This document shows, one piece after another, positions 44,742 through 54,816 of a stretch of 64,000 nt of DNA. The position numbers and the translations under genes were made by a program. The stretch's first letter is position 1, and each line of letters starts with the position of its first letter. The stretch lies in NCBI RefSeq assembly GCF_055900595.2, contig NZ_CM148325.1; one strand, 5' to 3'. The notes under the pieces are model-generated. The model was not told where the DNA came from. It saw nothing but the letters and a program-made list of their open reading frames with translations, and searched no databases.

Positions 44742-45956
44742 TTACCAGTTCCACAATGTGCCATCTTCCAGTCGTGCGACGGGGAGATACGCCGGGTCAT
44801 ACGGATATTTCGCCGCCAGTTTCTCATCGAAAGAAATACCCAGCCCCGGTTCATCGCCTGGGTGCATATAACCTTCATCGAAGCGCCAGCTGTGCGGGAA
44901 GACTTCAAGCATTTGTTCGGAATAGCCCATGTACTCCTGAACACCAAAGTTTGGCACCCAGAGGTCAAAATGCAGCGCCGCCGCATGACAAACAGGCGAT
45001 AAATCTGAAGGGCCATGCGAACCGGTACGTACCTGATAAAGCGATGCAAAATCGGCAATCCGTCGCATCCCGGTAATGCCGCCTGCATGGGTAATCGTCG
45101 TGCGAATATAGTCAATCAGCTGCTCTTCGATTAACTGCTTGCAGTCCCAGATACTGTTAAACACTTCACCGACCGCAATCGGCGTCACAGTATGCTGGCG
45201 AATCAGACGAAAACATTCCTGGTTCTCGGCAGGCGTCGGATCTTCCATCCAGAACAGGCGGTAATCCTCTATGCTCTTCCCAAAGCGTGCCGCTTCGATA
45301 GGAGTCAGGCGATGGTGCATGTCATGCAACAGATGTTCGTTAAAACCGAACTTATTACGCACCGCTTCAAATAACTTCGGTGTAAAATCGAGATACTTTT
45401 CTGAAGACCACAACTGCTCTTCCGGCCACAGGCCTTTGGTTGCCGGTTCATACGCCAGTCCTTTGCCCTTCGCCAGGCCATAAGTGGTTTGCATACCCGG
45501 TACACCGCACTGCACACGAATCGCCTTAAAGCCCATCTGCTGGTGCTTTGCATAGTCTTCAAGGACTTCATCAATCGTGCGCCCGGTGGTGTGGCAATAA
45601 ACCATCACGCCTTCACGAGAAGCCCCACCAAGCAGTTGATACAATGGCATATTTGCCGCTTTGGCTTTGATATCCCACAACGCCATATCAATGGCAGAAA
45701 TGGCCGACATCGTGACGGGGCCACGTCGCCAGTAAGCACCTTTATAAAAGAATTGCCAGATATCTTCGATACGACTGGCATCGCGGCCAATTAATTGTGG
45801 ACAAAGATGATCTTTCAGATAAGAAGCGACCGACAATTCGCGACCATTTAATGTGGCATCTCCCAATCCACAAAGTCCGCTTGCAGTGGTTATTTTAAGC
45901 GTAACGAAATTACGTCCTGGGCAAGTAACAAAAACATCTGCAGCAATAATTTTCAT
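44742..45956 (-). CDS. Enolase-superfamily dehydratase, mannonate dehydratase (ManD)/RspA-like subgroup
   Basis: 404 aa from [24 protein letters not shown]...; AGGAG RBS 9 nt upstream; ORF track begins 20 codons earlier. Confidence 0.8.
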   Translation of the reverse strand: MKIIAADVFVTCPGRNFVTLKITTASGLCGLGDATLNGRELSVASYLKDHLCPQLIGRDASRIEDIWQFFYKGAYWRRGPVTMSAISAIDMALWDIKAKAANMPLYQLLGGASREGVMVYCHTTGRTIDEVLEDYAKHQQMGFKAIRVQCGVPGMQTTYGLAKGKGLAYEPATKGLWPEEQLWSSEKYLDFTPKLFEAVRNKFGFNEHLLHDMHHRLTPIEAARFGKSIEDYRLFWMEDPTPAENQECFRLIRQHTVTPIAVGEVFNSIWDCKQLIEEQLIDYIRTTITHAGGITGMRRIADFASLYQVRTGSHGPSDLSPVCHAAALHFDLWVPNFGVQEYMGYSEQMLEVFPHSWRFDEGYMHPGDEPGLGISFDEKLAAKYPYDPAYLPVARLEDGTLWNW

Positions 45957-46346
45957 TATTGCAATCTCCTGTGTTGTAAATAGACGCTTCAAACTTAATT
46001 TTACGCCTACTACCATACAAGAGAGAAAGAGCGATTATTCAACCGTGATCACATTAAAAATAAAAATTTCCACCGAGGAACAAAAATATCCTCAAATCTC
46101 ACCTACACTATTAACTACCATCGTTAAAACAACGTGTTAAATAATCACATAACAAATTCCTTTAAGGAAGGGAGTTATAACAACAACAAAAGATAATCAT
46201 ATTTTACTTAATTCAATACGTATCGATAGGTTTATTTAAAAAGGATTTTTCGGAATGAGAGATGAAAAGAAGATACACAAGCAGGAAGAAATACGATTAA
46301 TATTAGTTGCGGTAAGGGTAGCCGTTCCTCCCTTCCGCAACCCATT

Positions 46347-46443
46347 AACCGTTGAAGTCACAGACTATTTCAGGCATTTCTCAACTCAAAATAACGACAG
46401 CCAACGTGAACTTTATGGCTCTCCAGGATCTGCTTTGTTTTCC
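46347..46443 (+). repeat. Diverged copy of the oxyS 3' portion (oxyS-like remnant), direct orientation
   Basis: ACCGTTGAAGTCAC...TTTCTCAACTC...AGCCAACGTGAACTTT...CTCCAGGATCTGCTTTGTTTT aligns with oxyS 43258-43347 at roughly 80% identity by eye; terminator stem not conserved. Confidence 0.7.
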
Positions 46444-46444
46444 A

Positions 46445-47923
46445 TCAAACAACGGAGCTCAGCGCACTGGCTACCTGTTTAAAGCGAGCAAACCGTCGCC
46501 TGAGCATGTGTGCTTTTTCTACATTCGGTTCAAGACGAATCACGTTGAGCTGCGTAGCCTTCATGGCCTGTTTGAATCCAGAATAAGCCCCTCCTCCTAC
46601 TGCCGCACACATTGCAGCCGCTCTACAACCTGACTGTTCAATATCGACAATTTCAAGAGGCATTTTGCTGGCATCACAAAACATCTGCATCCAGATTCTG
46701 GAATGCGTTGGCCCGCCAGAGAAACGAATCGTTTGCAATGACTTATCAATCTCAATAAGACGGTCCTGATGCAACAAATGAGAAAAGACAATGCCCTGAT
46801 AAATAGCGTACACCAAATCTTCTCTTTTATGATGCCCACACAGCCCCAAAAATCCCCCGCTTAATGCCTCATGGTAATTCGAGCCAAACAACCACGGGAA
46901 AAAGAGAATATCATTCTGCTTCTCATACCCTCGTTCCACCCACTCATTAATCACCCGATAACTGTCAGGAAGATCCGGTAAAAATTGCTGCAAGAACCAT
47001 GTCAAATTACTGGCTGATGTAGGGCTTCCCTCATGGGCGAAAAATGTACCTGGAATGCTAAATTTCCCCCATACATAGGGATAATCAGAAGGAATAATGC
47101 GATCAAAGATTCGCGTTGCAATTGACCAGGTGCCAGCAACCGCACTTAACGTTGTACTGTCATAGATGCCAGAAGTGAGCGCCGCACCAACGACATCAAA
47201 AACACCACCAAAAACAGGCGTTCCGGCGAGAAGCCCACATTGGCTGGCTGCTTCAGATGTCACAAACCCAGCTAAATCAGCGGAGCCAATAATATCGGGA
47301 ACCTTACCCGCAACTTCCTTAATCTCAAATAGGCGAAAAAGTTCAGCATCATAAGCACTGGTATATTGATTATAAAAATTACTGCCTGAAATATTGGTTT
47401 CTTCACAAGCCAGTTTGCCAGTAAGCCGTGAACGTATGTAATCATGAACCATCAAAATGGTTCCGATGCGGCCATAATTGTCAGTCTCATGTTTTTTCAA
47501 CCAATGCAATAGTGCTACAGGGTGCGATGGCCAGAGCTGTTGCAGACTACGGTGATAACTTTCGCGGTCAATTCCTTGTTCTTTCCAGCTTGCAACCAGT
47601 TGTTGTGCGCGAGAATCAGAGGAAACAATGCCGTGTCGTAAGGGCTTACCTTGCCGGTCGAGCAGGTACAAACCTTTACCATGAGCAGAAAAACTGATGC
47701 CATCAATCTGACTCGCAGTAATATTGTTATCTGACATCGACAGTGAAATGACCTGGCACGTTACCTTCCATAACGCCTCCATGTCGCGTTCGCAAAAACC
47801 AGGACATGGGCTTAACAGAGGTAACGCCTGCGAAGAGACACCTATTTCACGTCCTTCTGCCGTATAAATTCCCGCTTTGGTTTCTGTACCACCTAAATCG
47901 ACACCAATAAAATACCGCTCCAT
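46445..47923 (-). CDS. FGGY-family carbohydrate kinase, L-xylulose/3-keto-L-gulonate kinase (LyxK)-like
   Basis: 492-aa ORF; N-terminal FIGVDLGGTETKAGIY and C-terminal FSGGPTHSRIWMQM actin-fold motifs. Confidence 0.8.
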   Translation of the reverse strand: MERYFIGVDLGGTETKAGIYTAEGREIGVSSQALPLLSPCPGFCERDMEALWKVTCQVISLSMSDNNITASQIDGISFSAHGKGLYLLDRQGKPLRHGIVSSDSRAQQLVASWKEQGIDRESYHRSLQQLWPSHPVALLHWLKKHETDNYGRIGTILMVHDYIRSRLTGKLACEETNISGSNFYNQYTSAYDAELFRLFEIKEVAGKVPDIIGSADLAGFVTSEAASQCGLLAGTPVFGGVFDVVGAALTSGIYDSTTLSAVAGTWSIATRIFDRIIPSDYPYVWGKFSIPGTFFAHEGSPTSASNLTWFLQQFLPDLPDSYRVINEWVERGYEKQNDILFFPWLFGSNYHEALSGGFLGLCGHHKREDLVYAIYQGIVFSHLLHQDRLIEIDKSLQTIRFSGGPTHSRIWMQMFCDASKMPLEIVDIEQSGCRAAAMCAAVGGGAYSGFKQAMKATQLNVIRLEPNVEKAHMLRRRFARFKQVASALSSVV

Positions 47924-47939
47924 GATCCCTCCTTAGTTT

Positions 47940-48803
47940 CTAAATATTATCCCAGCCGGCAAAGCGCATTTTCTCTTCAATCCATTGACGTGCATGAATA
48001 ATTTCTAATAGAGGTTCCGTCGCTTTTTCTGTCCACATTTCTATCAGAAACGTTCCGCGATAATTAAGATTACGCAGGATCTTAAATAATTTAATAAAAT
48101 CTACACACCCTTCACCAAAAGGAACGTCACGAAATTGCCCTGGAGAATCAGGCGTTACTGGGTACGTATCTTTAAGATGGATTGCGGCAATTCGATCAAT
48201 CCCCTTTACCAGCTCACTTTCCAGTTCATTACCCCATGCGGTCAGATTGCCAACATCCGGATAAACGGTAAACCAAGGGGAATTAATTTTTGTATCCAGG
48301 ACTTTCCATTTACTAATAGAATTAATAAATGGCGTATCCATGATCTCTACAGCACACATAACTTGTGCCGCTGCGGCCTGTTCAGCTGTCCAGGCCATCG
48401 CATCTTCAAACCAGGCGATAGTTTCTTCATTCTGCGGCTCATAATAAACGTCATAGCCTGCCAGTTGGATTGTTCGAATCCCCAAATCCTGCGCCAGGCG
48501 TAACGCCTTCAACATAATCGTACGTGCCTGCTGACGAGTATCTCTATCATGGCTACCAAATGGAAAACGCCGGTGAGCAGACAGGCACATTGTCGGAATA
48601 CGGATCCCCGTTTGCTGAATGGCGCTAATAAGCTCCATACGCTCGGTGAGCGACCAGTCCAGGCGGGCGAGTCGTTCATCATTCTCATCTACCGACATCT
48701 CAACAAAATCAAAACCGCAAGATTTAGCCAGGGCTAGTTTCTCTACCCAACTGGTATTCCTGGGTAGCGCTTTTTCATAAATACCTAACGGGTGGCGTCG
48801 CAT
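47940..48803 (-). CDS. Sugar-phosphate 3-epimerase, UlaE/SgbU-like (L-ribulose-5-P / L-xylulose-5-P 3-epimerase family, xylose-isomerase-like TIM barrel)
   Basis: 287-aa ORF with LGIYEKALP...GFDFVEMSVDE...LAGYDVYYE...GEG.VDF motifs; start overlaps upstream permease stop. Confidence 0.8.
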   Translation of the reverse strand: MRRHPLGIYEKALPRNTSWVEKLALAKSCGFDFVEMSVDENDERLARLDWSLTERMELISAIQQTGIRIPTMCLSAHRRFPFGSHDRDTRQQARTIMLKALRLAQDLGIRTIQLAGYDVYYEPQNEETIAWFEDAMAWTAEQAAAAQVMCAVEIMDTPFINSISKWKVLDTKINSPWFTVYPDVGNLTAWGNELESELVKGIDRIAAIHLKDTYPVTPDSPGQFRDVPFGEGCVDFIKLFKILRNLNYRGTFLIEMWTEKATEPLLEIIHARQWIEEKMRFAGWDNI

Positions 48804-49849
48804 TATTTTCCCTCACGAGTGATCAATTGTTGTTGAAAGATTTTCCGGCTCTTATTCATGTCACGCTGCAACTGCCATTTTTGTTTGATGAATTTAAATG
48901 CCAGTGCGGCGATCAATGTGATCCCCCATACCGCCAGATTGAAATGCAAACTAAGTCCCAACAGACTAAGGCCGGTAGCAATAACCTGAAGCACAAGTAA
49001 GGCACAAAAAACATGACTGACTTTACCCGCCCCACCGAATGGATCTGTGCCTCCCAATACAATTGCAAGAACCGTCAAGAGCAGATAGGAATCGCCATAG
49101 CCCATACGCGCCGAATTAAATCGCGCGAGCATAATAAGACCTGCTAATACACACAACATGCTGGATATAGCATATATAGCAATTAATACGCGGTCGGTGC
49201 GAATACCGCTAAACCATGTGGCGTTAATATTACTGCCACACATATAAATCGTTTTTCCCGTACGGGTTTTGCCGAGGAACAGAGCTAAAGCAACGGTGGT
49301 GACGATAAAAATTATCATCGGTACTGGGATCCCCATGATAACTTCAGACCCAATACTGCGGACTACTGGTGGCATACCACTTAAAGCTGCCCCCTTAGTC
49401 AGGTAAATACCGATACCACTAATAATGGTCATGCTACCCAATGTGACCAAAATAGGGTGAGCGCCTATATGAGAAATAATTGACCCAGTAATAGCTCCAA
49501 TGATGATGGCAATAAGCATCGCCCCGACAATAGCCAGGAAGAGCCAAAACAACTGACTACCTGTAGATGCATCTGCGGGTACATATTGAATCAACAGCCA
49601 GGCCATAAACAGGCTGGTCAGATTCGCAGTACCGATGATTGCCAGATTGAGCCCCCCGCTCAACATGGGTATAAACATCGCAAACGTGAGCAACCCAAGC
49701 TCTGGCAATTGAAATGCAATGCTCAGAAAAGTATTGCCGGTGAAAAAACGCCCCGGCATTACCAGACTAAATAACACCACCGCAATAAAACATATTGATA
49801 ATAAGCCTGAACTGGTACCATCTAGTGGAAAAAATATCCGCTTGTTCAT
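48803..49849 (-). CDS. Sugar ABC transporter permease (CUT2 / RbsC-like)
   Basis: Polytopic membrane ORF; start taken at MNKRIFFPLDG with GGAGG RBS 6 nt upstream (ORF track starts 10 codons earlier). Confidence 0.8.
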   Translation of the reverse strand: MNKRIFFPLDGTSSGLLSICFIAVVLFSLVMPGRFFTGNTFLSIAFQLPELGLLTFAMFIPMLSGGLNLAIIGTANLTSLFMAWLLIQYVPADASTGSQLFWLFLAIVGAMLIAIIIGAITGSIISHIGAHPILVTLGSMTIISGIGIYLTKGAALSGMPPVVRSIGSEVIMGIPVPMIIFIVTTVALALFLGKTRTGKTIYMCGSNINATWFSGIRTDRVLIAIYAISSMLCVLAGLIMLARFNSARMGYGDSYLLLTVLAIVLGGTDPFGGAGKVSHVFCALLVLQVIATGLSLLGLSLHFNLAVWGITLIAALAFKFIKQKWQLQRDMNKSRKIFQQQLITREGK

Positions 49850-49862
49850 TTCGATCCTCCCG

Positions 49863-50855
49863 TTAGACGAAACCAACATCAGTTTCTTTACGTTTTTTGT
49901 AATGGGTCACACAAATCGCCGAGACAATAACCACTCCAATAACGATATTGACGAAATAACTCGAGATGCCAATCAAATTAAGGCCGTTTTTAAGAATACC
50001 GATAAGAAATACGCCCATAAGCGTACCAATGACCGTACCACGTCCGCCTGATAAACTGGCACCGCCCAATACCGCTGCAGCCAGCACATCCAACTCTCCG
50101 CCAACCAATGCATTCGGCACAACTTCACTCATACGGTAAGCTTGCAGCATTCCACCAATTGCTGCAGCGGCACCAAGATAACCATAAGCAAACAGATAAA
50201 TTAGCGACACCCGAATCCCAATACGTCTTGCTGATTCGGTATTCCCTCCCACGGCATAAAGCTGACGCCCAATATGGGTTTTGTTCATTATCATCCACGT
50301 CAGAAATGCCATTCCCAGCATAACCACTAACGGTAATCCGATCTGGTAATCTTCTCCGCCAAATTCAAAACTCAGGAAAGAACGCTGCGTAATCCACCAA
50401 TCCGGTAAATCGTAAATACTGTGGCCATTAGTCAACCACATCAACATACCGAACAGTAGCGACTGCATACTAATCGTAATGATGATGGAAACGACATTAA
50501 GGTAATAAATAAGAATAGCGTTTATCAAACCAAAAATGATGCCAAGAAAAACAGCAAACACCAGACAGAAAAATGGATTTGATAGCGTTTCATTAAGCAG
50601 TAACGACGCCACAACATATTGCACAACCGAAGCTACTGCTGCAAAAGAGATATCAATTCCGCCAGTAACCAATACGACAAATAATCCGAGGGCGAAAATA
50701 CCCGTTACGGCATAACTTTCCGAGAGATCGAGCAAGTTCTGTATTGATAAAAACTCATCGCTCATGATGGAAAAAAATACCAGCATGAGAACAATGACCC
50801 ATCCTAACCAAGCTTCGACTGAACGAGGAAACCGCAGCCGCATAAAGCTAACCAT
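49863..50855 (-). CDS. Sugar ABC transporter permease (CUT2 / RbsC-like)
   Basis: 330-aa polytopic membrane ORF; start overlaps the ATPase gene stop by 8 nt. Confidence 0.8.
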   Translation of the reverse strand: MVSFMRLRFPRSVEAWLGWVIVLMLVFFSIMSDEFLSIQNLLDLSESYAVTGIFALGLFVVLVTGGIDISFAAVASVVQYVVASLLLNETLSNPFFCLVFAVFLGIIFGLINAILIYYLNVVSIIITISMQSLLFGMLMWLTNGHSIYDLPDWWITQRSFLSFEFGGEDYQIGLPLVVMLGMAFLTWMIMNKTHIGRQLYAVGGNTESARRIGIRVSLIYLFAYGYLGAAAAIGGMLQAYRMSEVVPNALVGGELDVLAAAVLGGASLSGGRGTVIGTLMGVFLIGILKNGLNLIGISSYFVNIVIGVVIVSAICVTHYKKRKETDVGFV

Positions 50856-52365
50856 TAATCACCTCCGCCAACTGCTGCTCGGTATAATTCGAAGGCAACA
50901 GCTCATTAATAATCTTTCCGCGCTTCATATGAAAAATACGATCGCAGTTATAATAAGCTTCTGGTGCTTCATCAGTAATTAATATCACTGAAATACCCAC
51001 ACCTGAAAGCCGATGAATAAGCTGGTAAATACTATCTTTTGCGCCAATATCTACACCTACCGTTGGCGCATCCAGAATTAAAACCTTAGGTCGTGTTAAA
51101 ATCCATTTAGCCAGGACAACCTTTTGTTGATTGCCGCCAGATAGCGTTGAAAGTGGATTATTTGGATCGGTGACTTTAATATCCAAATCCTGGATCCACT
51201 CCTTGACTAAGGTTTCTTTTCGATTTTCATCAATAAACCCCGATGCCGTCTTTAAACGATCCAGAATCGAGAGCACCATATTATCGCTGATAGATTGGGG
51301 TAATACGGCCCCCAGTGTCAGGCGATCTTCTGAAACATATGCTATTCCCAGTTTTACCGCATGCGTGTTGTCTTTAATTGTAACGGGCTTACCTTCCAGA
51401 TAAATATCACCACTATCTGGTCGAGTAATACCGAAAAGACTCAATGCTAATTCAGTTCTCCCCGCACCAAGTAAACCACACAATCCCAGAACCTCGCCCT
51501 GGTGTAGTTTTAGAGAAACATCTTCAAATTGCCCTTTTCTGCATAATTTGTTTAGTTCAAGGACTACTTTGCCTTCAACGCTATTTGGTAGCTTCTTCTG
51601 GTGGACTATAGTTTTTCCGGTCATTAACTCAGTAATATCGCCCGGAGAAAGTTGATTGGCAGCCCACGTTCCAATTATCTCTCCATCACGGATGACCGTA
51701 ATCCGATCTGAAATTTCCTTAACTTCATCAAGGCGGTGGCTAACAAAAACTACGGTAATATTTTTATCGCGTAAGTAATTCACTGTGCGTAGTAATTGAT
51801 TAACTTCTGTACGCGTCAATGATGCCGTTGGCTCGTCCATGATGACTAAGCGGGCATCGGCAATCAGAGCCCGGCAAATCGCGACCTGTTGGCGTTGTGC
51901 AATCGGCAAATGTTGTACTAACGCATCAGGATCGAGATTGAATTGCAGCTCCTGAATTATTTTCTGCGATACATCTCGAAGTTGTTTTTTTCTGTGCAGC
52001 CCTAAATATCCCTTCAGGTTGTATTCAAAAGCGATATTTTCAGCAACAGAAAGATTTGGGAATAAAGAAAGATCCTGATATATCACCTGAATACCCAGTT
52101 CCCGAGCTTTATCAGGAGAAAGACGAGTCCAGGACTTACCATCTATAATAATTTCACTTCCCGAATCAGGGACATAAACACCACACAGCGTTTTGATCAG
52201 AGTACTTTTACCACACCCATTCGCACCAGCAAGACAATGAACCTCACCTTTATTTAAGGTAAGATTGATATTCTTTAGAGCCCTATGGCCACCGAAACTT
52301 TTCGTTAGTGACCTTAGCGTCACTAATGGTTGCTCCGCATTCTTCTCTATAATATGAGGCATCAT
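50848..52365 (-). CDS. Sugar ABC transporter ATP-binding protein with two fused nucleotide-binding domains (RbsA/MglA-like)
   Basis: 505-aa ORF; Walker A GANGCGKST in the N-terminal domain, ABC signature LSGGNQQKVVLAKW in the second. Confidence 0.85.
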   Translation of the reverse strand: MMPHIIEKNAEQPLVTLRSLTKSFGGHRALKNINLTLNKGEVHCLAGANGCGKSTLIKTLCGVYVPDSGSEIIIDGKSWTRLSPDKARELGIQVIYQDLSLFPNLSVAENIAFEYNLKGYLGLHRKKQLRDVSQKIIQELQFNLDPDALVQHLPIAQRQQVAICRALIADARLVIMDEPTASLTRTEVNQLLRTVNYLRDKNITVVFVSHRLDEVKEISDRITVIRDGEIIGTWAANQLSPGDITELMTGKTIVHQKKLPNSVEGKVVLELNKLCRKGQFEDVSLKLHQGEVLGLCGLLGAGRTELALSLFGITRPDSGDIYLEGKPVTIKDNTHAVKLGIAYVSEDRLTLGAVLPQSISDNMVLSILDRLKTASGFIDENRKETLVKEWIQDLDIKVTDPNNPLSTLSGGNQQKVVLAKWILTRPKVLILDAPTVGVDIGAKDSIYQLIHRLSGVGISVILITDEAPEAYYNCDRIFHMKRGKIINELLPSNYTEQQLAEVING

Positions 52366-52392
52366 AATATTCCTGAATACGACTAAAGGAAT

Positions 52393-52412
52393 TCCGGGTC
52401 AAATTTGACCCG
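52393..52412. promoter_or_regulatory. Perfect 20-bp palindrome (intercistronic stem-loop) between binding-protein and ATPase genes
   Basis: CCGGGTCAAATTTGACCCGG within the 63-nt gap. Confidence 0.5.
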
Positions 52413-52428
52413 GTGATTTACAGTAAAA

Positions 52429-53433
52429 TTACAAGCCTAGCTTCACTAAACGTCGTGTATTTTCAAGATCGAGCTTTTCTGGATTATCACTATAAATAGT
52501 GTTGTTATTAACCTTGATCTCGCCCATATCACCGATTTTTACACCGTCTTTAATAGGTTCACCGTTCATCATTGCCGTCGCAACCTGGACAAAAACCTTA
52601 CCCGCAATCATAGGGTTTGAAATATATCCCCCATCAATGGCACCTTTTTCGAGTAGCTTAATTCCCTGACCTGGAGTGAAGGTTCCAAAAACGCAAATTG
52701 CATCATTTTTCTTCCGCTTATCAATAGCACGCCCCGCACCAATTGGTCCTTGTGAACCAAATGACATAATGCCTTTAAGATCTTTATATTTAGACATTAA
52801 ATCGTTCGTCGTGCGCATTGAATCATCCACCGACTCAGCAACACCAAAACGATCTTCAACCAACGTCATATTTGGATAATGTTCTTTTTGATAGGCAATC
52901 GCGGCATTGGCCCAGTCATTTACCAAAGGCACAGTCAGACTGCCGACAAACATGGCGTATTTACCTTCTTCGCCCATACACTTCGCCATATCTTTCATAT
53001 GATTGGCACCCATTGTCTGGGTATTTAACAACTCAAAATCCCAATCTGCATTTTTTTGATCTGGTGATTCGTGGGTAATAACTTTAATACCGGCTTCTTG
53101 TGCACGCTTAAGTACAGGTTCAAGAACCTTTGCATCGTTAGGAACAACACCAATAACATCCACTTTTCGTGCAATTAAATCTTCAATCGCCCGAACCTGT
53201 TCAGCTGGATCTGCCGTTGTAGGGCCGACCTGCCATGCATCAACCCCCAATAGTTTTCCTTCATTTTTAATGCCTTGTTCCATCACATTAAACCAGGGAA
53301 TTCCACCGACTTTTACTACTACCCCCATCGTAAAAGGTTTATTCGCTTTTTGTGATGTTACAGTCTGATCAGCCCATGCAGCAGTGGAAGATAATACGGT
53401 AGCAATAAGGCAGGGTAAGATTAATTTTTTCAT
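52429..53433 (-). CDS. Periplasmic sugar-binding protein (type I PBP, RbsB-like)
   Basis: 334-aa ORF with signal peptide MKKLILPCLIATVLSSTAAWA; first gene of the ABC operon. Confidence 0.85.
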   Translation of the reverse strand: MKKLILPCLIATVLSSTAAWADQTVTSQKANKPFTMGVVVKVGGIPWFNVMEQGIKNEGKLLGVDAWQVGPTTADPAEQVRAIEDLIARKVDVIGVVPNDAKVLEPVLKRAQEAGIKVITHESPDQKNADWDFELLNTQTMGANHMKDMAKCMGEEGKYAMFVGSLTVPLVNDWANAAIAYQKEHYPNMTLVEDRFGVAESVDDSMRTTNDLMSKYKDLKGIMSFGSQGPIGAGRAIDKRKKNDAICVFGTFTPGQGIKLLEKGAIDGGYISNPMIAGKVFVQVATAMMNGEPIKDGVKIGDMGEIKVNNNTIYSDNPEKLDLENTRRLVKLGL

Positions 53434-53461
53434 CGTAATTTCCTTAAGAAATAGTTCAGGT

Positions 53462-53493
53462 GTCAGGAAAACTCGATATAATATCGACCTGAC
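53462..53493. promoter_or_regulatory. Nested inverted repeats in the binding-protein promoter region, candidate operator for the adjacent DeoR regulator
   Basis: GTCAGG-AAAAC-TCGATATAATATCGA-C-CTGAC, 36 nt upstream of the binding-protein start. Confidence 0.35.
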
Positions 53494-53555
53494 TATTTAT
53501 ATAATTTATAATCCCTTAGGCATTGATTAATAATTTAGACAATAAATAACGCCTA

Positions 53556-54365
53556 TTATTTATCAACCTCCACAATGTTTAATTGTGGAAATTGTGTTCG
53601 ATACCGAGTATCTGTACAAACATTAGTCACCAGAATATCGATTTCATCCAGCGTGCATATTTTACTAAATGCATACTGTTCAAACTTAGTGGAGTCGACC
53701 AGCAATATTTTTTGTCCTGACACCTGAAGCATCACCTGTTTAAGTCTGGCATTAATTTCACTGCCATCGCGGACACCATTCCCCAGATTCAACCCCTGGC
53801 ATGAAAAGAAAAAACTGTTGATTTGAAAATTTCGGATCGCACTCTCTGCAACCGGGCCATGAAAATCATCATGTCGCTCAGAATACTCACCACCGATACC
53901 AATAATTCGAACTCGATCACGGCAAGCTAACGCCTGAATTATCCGTAATGAATTTGTAACTACGGTAACATCTATATCGGGAATTTGACGAGCTAAAAAC
54001 CAACAAGTACTACTGTTATCCATTAAAATACAATCACCAGGGTGAATAAATTGCAATGCGGCCTTCGCAATTCTGGCTTTTATATCAGGATTTTCTTCAG
54101 TCCGTTTACGGAATGATTCCGCACGATCGATACTATTATCTTGCCACGCATTATCGGCGAGCATAACCGGAGCGCTATCAGATGAATCCAGAGCGACCGC
54201 GCCACCAAAGCTACGGATTAACTTTTTGTTGCGCTCCAGTACCGTTAAATCCCGACGAATTGTCTCAGGAGACGCTTTAAATAATCGTGATAATTCAGTT
54301 ACCCGCACAGCACCTTGTTTTTGTACATGTGCGCATATCATTTTATGGCGCTCTGCCTGCAACAT
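53556..54365 (-). CDS. DeoR-family transcriptional regulator
   Basis: 269-aa ORF with N-terminal HTH (VRVTELSRLFKASPETIRRDLTVLE) and C-terminal DeoR sugar-binding domain. Confidence 0.85.
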   Translation of the reverse strand: MLQAERHKMICAHVQKQGAVRVTELSRLFKASPETIRRDLTVLERNKKLIRSFGGAVALDSSDSAPVMLADNAWQDNSIDRAESFRKRTEENPDIKARIAKAALQFIHPGDCILMDNSSTCWFLARQIPDIDVTVVTNSLRIIQALACRDRVRIIGIGGEYSERHDDFHGPVAESAIRNFQINSFFFSCQGLNLGNGVRDGSEINARLKQVMLQVSGQKILLVDSTKFEQYAFSKICTLDEIDILVTNVCTDTRYRTQFPQLNIVEVDK

Positions 54366-54744
54366 AGTATCGGTCCGTTATTATCAAATTAGCATGCTTA
54401 TATAATTAACTGTTCCCTCATAAAATAAAGTGATAGGAATCAAGATTCATTTTATAATTATAATCGCAAACAGGAATGGTGATCTTTATCACAAATTAAA
54501 TTGAGAACACTCTACTATTTGACATTACTTTGAGATATCGGTCACTAAATAAGTCTTATTCTGCCATCTAACGAAAAATTTAAATACAAAAACAAAAATA
54601 ATCGGGCATAGCAATCGCTTCCATTCATGACCGAATACGCCCGAATAAAACCGTTTATACCCACTTATCCTCTTTCGTTGCCTTCTTACATGCCTTGAAT
54701 ATTTTACATTTCTTATATTCAGCGTAATTTAGGAAACATAATTT

Positions 54745-54816
54745 ATGAGCAAAAAAAGCCCAAACTCAAAAGTTAAAGTTTATTTATATAATACATACAG
54801 ATTATCGTGGAGTTAA
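54745..54816 (+). CDS. Candidate 23-codon upstream ORF ([23 protein letters not shown])
   Basis: AGGAAA 8 nt before the ATG; TAA stop ends 2 nt before the 4-epimerase ATG; no homology claimed. Confidence 0.25.
   Translation: MSKKSPNSKVKVYLYNTYRLSWS

Noticed and set aside
46255-46633. 75-aa and 93-aa plus-strand ORFs
   Set aside because: They overlap the AT-rich promoter region, the oxyS-like remnant and the 3' end of the kinase gene on the opposite strand; no RBS or domain support.
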